Below are positions 27,379 to 34,799 of a DNA stretch of 34,799 bases, piece by piece. The stretch is from Fidelibacterota bacterium (GTDB taxonomy: Bacteria; Fidelibacterota; UBA2242), in NCBI GenBank assembly GCA_028719225.1, contig JAQUKI010000002.1, positions 1-34,799 on the forward strand, given 5' to 3'. A model generated the notes under the pieces. That model saw only the letters and a program-made list of their open reading frames with translations, did not search any database and was not told the origin of the DNA. The position numbers and the translations under genes are program-made. Each line of letters begins with the position of its first letter. Position 1 is the stretch's first letter.

Positions 27379-28256
27379 TTACATTCTCCTTGTTTTAATA
27401 TTTGAATTGTATTGTGCACATTTTCCATGAATATCTTTTTTAGATAATTCGGATGAACATGCGGTTCCATAGTATAGTATCCATTATATCCGTCTTTTAT
27501 CAGGTGTTCTATCAGCAATGAATATGGAATCACTCCTTTTCCTACCTCACAGCAAAGATAATTCGCCGACATATCCTGCCATAGAAATCCATCACCGGGA
27601 TAATCATATAAACTCTTATGATATTTCATACCATCTTTTATATGGACATATCCGATATATTTTTTAAGCAAATTATATGCATATGGATATGGTTCCTCGC
27701 CCGCAAAATAAAAATTACAGGCATCGAAAGTCAGTCGGAAATGTGGCGAATTCACTATTTCCACAAGTTCTAATACATTTTCGGCCTTGCGCGTAGGATC
27801 GACACCCGTAACATCAAACTCATTTTCGAGCACGATAGTGATATTTTCCTTCTCAGCGAATTCCAGGCATATAGCAATATTTTCTTTGTACAACTGTATT
27901 GCCTTTTGCGGTGTTCTATCCGGATGAGCGCCAAAATAAGTATTGACTATAGGAGCCCCGAGCTCTTTCGCGGCTTTGATACTTCGTATTATCTCAGCCT
28001 GTCTTTGACCGACATTTCCGGGAAGATTAAGTTGTGTCCAGGTAGAAATGCAAATCGCCTGTAATTTCTGCTTCTCAAGGTCATCTTTTATTATTCCAAC
28101 CTGGTTATATTCGAAGTTATGAGGAATCCATAATTCTAAATTCGATACACCCACATATTTTGCAATATCATAAATCTCTTCAATCGGTCGGTACGGATAC
28201 TCTGTGCCAGAGATAGCAATCTGGTTCATTATTTGTGTAGACTTAGTAATTTTCAA
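27375..28256 (-). CDS. Sugar phosphate isomerase/epimerase (xylose isomerase-like TIM barrel, AP_endonuc_2 family)
   Basis: IVLENEFD and YVHIKDG metal-site-like motifs. GGAGGA RBS. TTG start. ATGA overlap with the dehydrogenase gene. Confidence 0.7.
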   Translation of the reverse strand: MKITKSTQIMNQIAISGTEYPYRPIEEIYDIAKYVGVSNLELWIPHNFEYNQVGIIKDDLEKQKLQAICISTWTQLNLPGNVGQRQAEIIRSIKAAKELGAPIVNTYFGAHPDRTPQKAIQLYKENIAICLEFAEKENITIVLENEFDVTGVDPTRKAENVLELVEIVNSPHFRLTFDACNFYFAGEEPYPYAYNLLKKYIGYVHIKDGMKYHKSLYDYPGDGFLWQDMSANYLCCEVGKGVIPYSLLIEHLIKDGYNGYYTMEPHVHPNYLKKIFMENVHNTIQILKQGECK

Positions 28257-28311
28257 TCCTCCTTCTTACATATACAAATAATCTGTTAAACTCATTACAC
28301 TGGCGGTGTCA

Positions 28312-29325
28312 TTAAAATGAAACCGATAAACCGGTCTGATGCTGAAGATCGAAGTCTCGCAGATTTAGTGTAGCATAATCAAACTCAAAGCGGATATTTT
28401 TTATATGAAAGCGGACTCCAGCTCCCACACTCCAATCATATCCTTCATGTTCAAATTGATAGCCTCCACGCAGTATGTAGTTTTCCATAAAGCTATATTC
28501 CAGCCCGACATTTTCGCTCTCGCCAATATCGCTTGAATAATAGATACTGCTCATAACCGCCAGTTTATGATAATTTACTCTGACAAGGTCATATGCTCCT
28601 CCGAATCGAAAGCTCATCGGCAGAGCCAGTTTTTTCGGGACATATCCCAATGTAACTTCATCGACATTCTCTTCCGGATATATCTGGTAATCGAATTCTA
28701 ATTGTGTTCCGGAAATATCCTGTTTCATTCCAAAGTTCGAAAAGGACATTCCAACGTGAAATTTATTGTAATTATATATCAACCCGACGTCAAACGCCCA
28801 ACCATCCGAAACAAGGTCCCAGATTTGTTCATTGATATATTTCACGGAAATGGCAGCCATGAATCGGTCCGTGACACGGCGTCCATAAGTCATCGTGAGC
28901 GCATAGTCGGCAGCGGAAAAATACTTGCCCGTTCCTTGCGGATCGGTAATCGTCGTCTCTTCCATTTCGCCCATATTAACAAATGTCAGAGAGGCCCCGA
29001 GATAATCATTACTTGTAACCGGAACTGTAGCGCCCAGAAAACTGTGATTGATATTTGCTATCCATTTGTTGTTAAAAAAGGTCACTTCCATTTTATCGCG
29101 GGCACAGATACCAGCCGGATTCCAGTACATGGAATATGGACCATTGGCTGTGGAAACATTGGCGCCGCCAAGAGCATTACCTCTCGCACCTACGCCGATT
29201 TTTAAAAACTGAAAACTCGTCGTTCCAACCTTATTATCAATTTGTTTGGCGAATAGAACCGTGAATAAGGATAGAATTAGGACCATGATCGCTATTTTAT
29301 TTCTCATTGAATACCTCATCAACAT
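28312..29325 (-). CDS. PorV/PorQ-family outer-membrane beta-barrel protein
   Basis: Signal peptide, then GTTSFQFLKIGVGARGNALGGANVS...YWNPAGI (PorV/PorQ N-terminal signature). Alternating beta-strand pattern with a C-terminal ...GLSVSF. Confidence 0.7.
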   Translation of the reverse strand: MLMRYSMRNKIAIMVLILSLFTVLFAKQIDNKVGTTSFQFLKIGVGARGNALGGANVSTANGPYSMYWNPAGICARDKMEVTFFNNKWIANINHSFLGATVPVTSNDYLGASLTFVNMGEMEETTITDPQGTGKYFSAADYALTMTYGRRVTDRFMAAISVKYINEQIWDLVSDGWAFDVGLIYNYNKFHVGMSFSNFGMKQDISGTQLEFDYQIYPEENVDEVTLGYVPKKLALPMSFRFGGAYDLVRVNYHKLAVMSSIYYSSDIGESENVGLEYSFMENYILRGGYQFEHEGYDWSVGAGVRFHIKNIRFEFDYATLNLRDFDLQHQTGLSVSF

Positions 29326-29336
29326 ACTTATGATTT

Positions 29337-32129
29337 CTACCTTATCACCGCAAATTTTCCGACATCATTTCCAAAGGGAGAATCCAGATAAAACACATAG
29401 ATTCCCGTGGCAACTTTCTGATTGTTGTTAGTCATCAAATCCCAGAAGGCTGTACCGGCTGTTTGGCCGGAAAAACCGGCTTCATAGGCCTCCTTATGAC
29501 GGATCGTCTTTACCAAATCACCCGCAACCGTATAAATTCTCAGCGTACATTCCGTGGGGAGATTGATAAACTGGATTCTTTGATAATCGTTATCAATGTC
29601 CCAGGAAGCGCGAACCAAGTATGGATTCGGCACAACCTTGACATCTATATCAGCGTGATAATCGATCTGTCTGCTTACCGTAGAAAACTGGTATGATTCT
29701 CCAAACATCGGGGCGCGTACGCCGGAAAGTCGGACATACATCACATCTCCACCGACAATCTCTCTATTAAGATCCTCGATAAAAATGAATGCGCCGGGGA
29801 TATAGATTTTAAAACCGTCGGAAGTATTATCTATTTTATTCTTGAATCCTGTCGGGTAATTATACCACGTCCATGTAGTATCACCGGTTGTCGCATTTAC
29901 GGAACCAACAGATCTCTCATAGTTAGCAATCGAGAAGGTCCGACCAAACGACCGCATTACATATTCAAGCGTATCCGGAGTATCGAGATCGTAAACATAT
30001 ATTCTTCGGCTGCCGCTCAACTCATAGAATTCGATTTTATATAGATGGGGCATGAAGTATGACCCAAACGGATAGTCGCGTGGAATACATGTCTGAGCGG
30101 TTGTAAAATCATCATATTCTGTTATCGCACGTATCGTTACGGTCGATTTTGGTGACTCAAAATATACCGTATCGATTTTATTCTTTAAAAGATTCGGGCC
30201 TGTATATAACAACCGCATACCATCGAACAATTCTGATTGGACAGTACTTATCGGATTACCAACCGGAAAATTCAGTGTCGTAACAATCGTATCCCCGGTT
30301 GATTGGTCGACGAGATATATATCCGGTCCTAACTGAGTCACATCCTTGTCATATCGAAAAGTGGATACCTCCGAGAACTGAATCTGGAACGTTTTATCTT
30401 TAACACTATCCGCTATCAAATACTCGGGAGTGATACTGAAATCTATTTCTTCACTATTTTCACTCGTTACTTGCAGTCCTTCCATCTCCGGATCCGTAAA
30501 ATTGGATGGCGGCGGATTTGGAACGGCCGCAGTTAAATTTACACCAAATACCATACCGGTTTCCTGAGGTGGAACGACTTCAAAATCGGAAACGCCATAT
30601 CCGCCTGCCTGATACTCGCCCTTATCATAAGCCGTGACCGCGTAAAAATAGGTCTTGCCATTAATTAGATCGGTATCTATATAATTATGTGTCAAACCGG
30701 TATTCTTACCTATTGCGTTGCCCAGATCATCGAAACTTACCTTATCCCATTGACCCAATAACTCAAAATCTCCCTCTTGACCGGTTAAACTCTTCCACAG
30801 TTTATAACCCTCAAAATCGAGTGAGTCGGAAAAATCCGGTAATGACAGGATTCTCTCGACCGTCTTTTCAGCAACGTCATCCCATTTAATTACAATTTTC
30901 TGATCAATGGGAAATAACTCAAGTTTTGGCATGTCCGGCGGTTGAGGAAACTTATAATCATTATCGTATACAAACTGGGCGTTTTCGGCAACCAATTTAA
31001 GATAATCGGCGTAGTGTTCCGGCTCGTTTTTAACAGAAGGATCGTAATAATATTGCGGCCACGCAAAACAGATGGCTACAACAAATTTTGTCGAATCGCC
31101 ATAAGCCAGATTAAATGGGCCGGATGATAGAAAAATCCTCTTGTCAGCCGGGTCGGTATCTTCCAGATCATAGGTTCCGGCAGATAAGATATCGTAACGC
31201 GCTTCATCGTTATTCGGATCTGTTTCCCAGCGCCTGAATGATGACATCTTTGCTTTCCCGGTTTCGGGATCACGGGCGGGACCATCCAGAAATTTAATTC
31301 CCACATAACCGGGTATATGTTCAAGATCTTTTTCTATTCCGGAAAGTGTGGCTGCACTGTACGCAAAACCGATATTCAAATCTGGAAAACAACCCGTCAG
31401 ATCATTGGTTGGATCACCTATATCCGGATCCATTGAAAAGCCAATATAGGCATCTTCCCATGTCTTATGGTCGGCATTTATATTTTTAATCGTGTAAGAT
31501 AAGAAAGCGATGTCCCAAACATCCCGAAAACTGCTGTTCCATGAGTAGGTTTCTGTCGTCAGCAAAACTCCCAGTGATTTTCCTGCTTCAAATTGTCTGG
31601 ACGGATCAAGATCATTGCACTGAGCATAGGAATCCATTTGAGATTTTGCAATCGGAGTTCCATCTTCATTATATCCCATCGGCCATGGCGGCAATGCGGC
31701 GTTCGGGTAATCCGTGCTTATATAAACAATTTCGGTTGGATCACTATATCCCGGCTCATTGGGAAGATTTCCCGGAACCATCTCGGTCTGTACATTTGCA
31801 GAATTATAACCAACTGTCACCTGTTTTGCATTATCAATCTTGGCGCCGATCCAAATGCCGGCTCCAAAAATATAGCCTTCATCGGTTCCGCGAAGCCAGC
31901 GCCCACCACCCGGAGTCTGAGCACTTGGATCCCAGCCAAAACGCCCGTCGTTAGTTATTGGTATTTCATATCGAGCATAAATCGTACGCAAATCACTAAC
32001 AGTCGGCTTCTTGAGACTTTTATTCTGTCCGTTGCCTGGTAATGCAAATATTTGAGTAGTAAAAAGAACTGACACAATAAAAGGCTTGAGTCCGATGCGG
32101 ATTTGCGGGCACATTCGTCTATGATTCAT
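29337..32129 (-). CDS. Large (930 aa) secreted protein of unknown function with a T9SS-type C-terminal sorting domain
   Basis: Signal peptide ...TTQIFALPG. No catalytic motif recognised. The C-terminal ~100 aa (VKVVPNPY...LRIYTVAGDLVKTI...WDL...VATGIYVFYL...GKFAVIR) align with the CTD of the 9745-10203 protein. AAGGAG RBS. Confidence 0.7.
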   Translation of the reverse strand: MNHRRMCPQIRIGLKPFIVSVLFTTQIFALPGNGQNKSLKKPTVSDLRTIYARYEIPITNDGRFGWDPSAQTPGGGRWLRGTDEGYIFGAGIWIGAKIDNAKQVTVGYNSANVQTEMVPGNLPNEPGYSDPTEIVYISTDYPNAALPPWPMGYNEDGTPIAKSQMDSYAQCNDLDPSRQFEAGKSLGVLLTTETYSWNSSFRDVWDIAFLSYTIKNINADHKTWEDAYIGFSMDPDIGDPTNDLTGCFPDLNIGFAYSAATLSGIEKDLEHIPGYVGIKFLDGPARDPETGKAKMSSFRRWETDPNNDEARYDILSAGTYDLEDTDPADKRIFLSSGPFNLAYGDSTKFVVAICFAWPQYYYDPSVKNEPEHYADYLKLVAENAQFVYDNDYKFPQPPDMPKLELFPIDQKIVIKWDDVAEKTVERILSLPDFSDSLDFEGYKLWKSLTGQEGDFELLGQWDKVSFDDLGNAIGKNTGLTHNYIDTDLINGKTYFYAVTAYDKGEYQAGGYGVSDFEVVPPQETGMVFGVNLTAAVPNPPPSNFTDPEMEGLQVTSENSEEIDFSITPEYLIADSVKDKTFQIQFSEVSTFRYDKDVTQLGPDIYLVDQSTGDTIVTTLNFPVGNPISTVQSELFDGMRLLYTGPNLLKNKIDTVYFESPKSTVTIRAITEYDDFTTAQTCIPRDYPFGSYFMPHLYKIEFYELSGSRRIYVYDLDTPDTLEYVMRSFGRTFSIANYERSVGSVNATTGDTTWTWYNYPTGFKNKIDNTSDGFKIYIPGAFIFIEDLNREIVGGDVMYVRLSGVRAPMFGESYQFSTVSRQIDYHADIDVKVVPNPYLVRASWDIDNDYQRIQFINLPTECTLRIYTVAGDLVKTIRHKEAYEAGFSGQTAGTAFWDLMTNNNQKVATGIYVFYLDSPFGNDVGKFAVIR

Positions 32130-32148
32130 AAGAATAATACTCCTTTAC

Positions 32149-34770
32149 CTAAAATTTTATCTCTATCCCAACCGTAAAAGTCCTCGGGTTTGGATAATGA
32201 TTTTTCAAATCAAGCATATCGTTCTGATAATTCAGATATGCTGCCAATCTTTCTGCCGGTGTCAAAACTCCATCACCGTCAAAATCAGACCATTCCGAAT
32301 ACAACTTACTTTCACCCTTAACATACGTATCGCTGGATAAACTACCTATCGTCAGATTGTACAACGGGTCATCAGGATCTCCGGATCCTTCAAAAACCGA
32401 AGTCGGCGCTTGTAAATTAAAAAGATTGTACACTTCAAGAAGCAGCGTTACATCCTGTTTCAGCACCTTAATGTCCTTATAGAACTTACCATTGACGTAA
32501 TATGTCCAGGGATATCGGGCGGAATTGAACCTGTCAGTCGTCACATCAACCGTGTAAGAAGTGACTGGCGTGTAAGGTCTTCCGGAACTGACGTTTGACA
32601 TGATATTCGCGCCGAATCCGGATAATAACTTCGTACCAAGAATCGACGGTCCTTCCTGGGCAGGAATGTAGAAATCGAGATTAAAATTAAAAGTATGACG
32701 CTGATCGAAATCCATCGGCATCGTATCCTGCGGATAGATCGGTTCATATCCCAATTGCTTAGCATACGTTACACTTGTTAACGGATAACGCGAAATCTGT
32801 GTCACGGTCGATGAAGTACCGTCCGCAATCGCAAAAGAATAACTCATCGAACCACCAATATAATGGTTTATCCGTTTCCGCAGCGTTAGTTCCAAACCTT
32901 TCGATTCGGCATATTCCTCGTTGAAAGCCTGAAAATACCAATCCAGATCCGGCGATCTTCTGATTCTATAACCTTCAAGATTGAACATATTCTTCTGATA
33001 AAGCGTCACATCCATTGCAATATCATCCGTCAAAATTGTCGATAGACCGACTTCGTAGGCAATTGTCTTCTGAGGTTCGATATCCGGATTTCCCATATTT
33101 ACGTCGCCCTGATTTCTATCAAGCCACAAATAGGCAAACATGCGCTCCATCGGAGGCGTTTGGAAAAAGTAACCATAATTAAATCTAAACATTGTCTTTT
33201 CCGTAACGGGAAATGAAATTCCCAATCTCGGACTGATCTGATATTTCGCATCCGAAGACGTACGATCCTGTAAAAAAGGATTGGAAGGATCGGTCTGAAT
33301 CGGATTAATTCGATATTCGGTAAATGTATCAAAATAGTCGAAACGCAATCCCATGTTCACGAATATATTTTTCATCTGAAACTGATAATTCAAATAACTT
33401 GCGAATTCAAGTGGTTGATAACCCTCACCCAGATCGTCCACGCCTGTAATACTTAAAGCAGTATCACTGGGCGATGCTTCATAATAATCGATTAAAGGAT
33501 ATGTAACACCAACTCCGTTATAAGCCGCCATGGCTCCAATCGCAAAGCGATTGACATTATGCCGTTTTAATTCAAATCCGGTCTTTACTTCACCATTCAA
33601 AAACAACTGACTGGTAAGGTCGAATTTTAGAGTTACGCACCGATCTCTATTCTGAGAATACCAATCATTATCACCACTATATATGAAACTACCGAAATAA
33701 TCGGCATCCATTGTATTCTGTATACCACCGGTAATTCCATATGGATTGGATGCAGATACCGCGCTCGAAGTCGTCTGCGAATATACATCGCCAATACCCT
33801 TGCTATCGCGAAGGCGCCATTTACTATATGTGTTCGTATCACCCATAATGTGATAATCGGTATCAAGAAATGGTTCGCGGAATGTATAATCCTCCCAAAA
33901 AGCACAATTAGACCCGACTTTGTTGCCAGACCATTCTGACCGATCTCTTTGACCGCTAATAGATACCCAATCTGTAATTCCGGCTTTTAACGTATAAAAA
34001 GTTTTTGAACTAATTGTATGGTCCAGTGTAATCGTTCCATACTTTGTTTTATTTAAATAAGCTCCCAGCCGATCCAATTGATTTTCATCATTCCCAAAAC
34101 GCCAGAGTAGGTTGTAATTAAGTCCCTGGGATCTATTAATTGATCCGGTAACTTTCAATTTCATCGACGGAGTAATCGGAACGCTCAATTTTAAATTTGT
34201 ACGATATTCCTGATATCCCTGGTGAGGATGTCTTCCAATATTTGTCCCGTCCGGAGCAAATACTTCCCGTCCCGGAACCATATCATAGGAATTTAGGTAG
34301 GTAGTCAGAAAAAATCTGCTCTTCTTAATTAAAGGTCCGCCAAAGGTAAAATCCAGGATGTTAGCGTTCTGATAATACTGGCTTGATGAACTCAGTTTAT
34401 CCGTTTTATAACGCATACTTCCTTCGTATTTAGATCCACCCTCCTTGGTCACGACATTGAGTACACCACCCATGGCATTGCCGTATTCTGCGGAAAATCC
34501 ACCCGTTTGCACAACGATCTCGTCAACGGCATTCTTGCTGATATCGGTAAGGATTCCACCGCTAATCGGATTTGTCAACGAAAGACCATCTACCATATAA
34601 CTCACATCGGTCGAGCGACTACCACGGATATAATTGCCACTGGCAACTCCTGCAGTCGTATTAAGAACACTGGACACAGACTCGATCGGCAGATTTTTAA
34701 ATTCATCGGATGAAATCGTCTTGGTGGAAGCCGATACATCTTTATGAATTAAGGGGCGTTCCGCAATGAC
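32149..34770 (-). CDS. TonB-dependent outer-membrane receptor (plug plus 22-strand barrel); N-terminus interrupted by an in-frame TAA and running off the window
   Basis: Plug motifs (NLPIESVSSVLNTTAGV, IRGSRSTDVSYMVDGLS, EIVVQTGGFSAEYGNAMGGVLNV). Barrel ends ...TFTVGIEIKF. The frame stays open above the annotated GTG (34677) up to TAA at 34771-34773, and receptor-like sequence continues beyond it. Confidence 0.85.
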   Translation of the reverse strand, partial: VIAERPLIHKDVSASTKTISSDEFKNLPIESVSSVLNTTAGVASGNYIRGSRSTDVSYMVDGLSLTNPISGGILTDISKNAVDEIVVQTGGFSAEYGNAMGGVLNVVTKEGGSKYEGSMRYKTDKLSSSSQYYQNANILDFTFGGPLIKKSRFFLTTYLNSYDMVPGREVFAPDGTNIGRHPHQGYQEYRTNLKLSVPITPSMKLKVTGSINRSQGLNYNLLWRFGNDENQLDRLGAYLNKTKYGTITLDHTISSKTFYTLKAGITDWVSISGQRDRSEWSGNKVGSNCAFWEDYTFREPFLDTDYHIMGDTNTYSKWRLRDSKGIGDVYSQTTSSAVSASNPYGITGGIQNTMDADYFGSFIYSGDNDWYSQNRDRCVTLKFDLTSQLFLNGEVKTGFELKRHNVNRFAIGAMAAYNGVGVTYPLIDYYEASPSDTALSITGVDDLGEGYQPLEFASYLNYQFQMKNIFVNMGLRFDYFDTFTEYRINPIQTDPSNPFLQDRTSSDAKYQISPRLGISFPVTEKTMFRFNYGYFFQTPPMERMFAYLWLDRNQGDVNMGNPDIEPQKTIAYEVGLSTILTDDIAMDVTLYQKNMFNLEGYRIRRSPDLDWYFQAFNEEYAESKGLELTLRKRINHYIGGSMSYSFAIADGTSSTVTQISRYPLTSVTYAKQLGYEPIYPQDTMPMDFDQRHTFNFNLDFYIPAQEGPSILGTKLLSGFGANIMSNVSSGRPYTPVTSYTVDVTTDRFNSARYPWTYYVNGKFYKDIKVLKQDVTLLLEVYNLFNLQAPTSVFEGSGDPDDPLYNLTIGSLSSDTYVKGESKLYSEWSDFDGDGVLTPAERLAAYLNYQNDMLDLKNHYPNPRTFTVGIEIKF

Positions 34771-34799
34771 TTACACACCTTTCATATCAATTACTTGTG

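Noticed and set aside
28702-29205. 167-aa + strand ORF antisense to the PorV-like gene (and similar antisense ORFs at 14431-14835, 26724-27068, 31541-32042)
   Set aside because: All lie entirely antisense within CDSs that have strong family signatures. None has an RBS or recognisable domains. These are typical shadow ORFs.
34771-34773. Stop-codon reassignment (TAA as sense)
   Set aside because: It is a single occurrence. TAA clearly terminates other well-supported genes in the window (for example int at 6856-6858 and the 9745-10203 gene), so a global recoding is not supported.
28312-34799. Canonical SusC/SusD polysaccharide utilisation locus
   Set aside because: No SusD-like gene follows the receptor, and the downstream partners are a CTD-bearing protein and a PorV-like barrel. 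Inner-membrane uptake is by an ABC system rather than an MFS/SusC-D style arrangement. I therefore describe it as PUL-like but non-canonical.

Overview
By eye this is an AT-leaning bacterial contig. It is probably from a non-Bacteroidia member of the FCB superphylum: it has T9SS-type C-terminal sorting domains, a PorV-like barrel and a TonB-dependent receptor, yet most genes carry clear Shine-Dalgarno sites. There are three blocks. (i) 1-6974 is the right-hand part of an integrated tyrosine-recombinase element. It has a lambda-like replication module (wHTH initiator with 11-bp iterons inside its own gene, plus a DnaB helicase), an orphan beta-class DNA methyltransferase, RusA, Xis and Int, and it ends at a 44-nt 3' fragment of tRNA-Phe(GAA). 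(ii) 6975-11461 is a 3-gene cassette of secreted proteins: a Cthe_2159-like beta-helix carbohydrate binder, a minimal T9SS-CTD protein and a beta-sandwich-like protein. All three share a short N-terminal module. The cassette is bounded on the right by a 3' fragment of tRNA-Asp(GUC) and a truncated integrase. (iii) 11529-34799 holds an MFS transporter and a 15-gene, tightly packed minus-strand locus. That locus opens with a TonB-dependent receptor, a 930-aa CTD-bearing protein and a PorV-like barrel, with no SusD. It continues with a sugar ABC importer, GH130, GH172/DUF2961, a UxaC-like amidohydrolase-fold protein, a Zn-dehydrogenase, a TIM-barrel isomerase/epimerase, two paralogous HEMGHN (M60-like) metallopeptidase-like proteins and an M28 peptidase. 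I found no rRNA, intact tRNA or CRISPR array. All homology calls come from motif recognition by eye; no searches were run.
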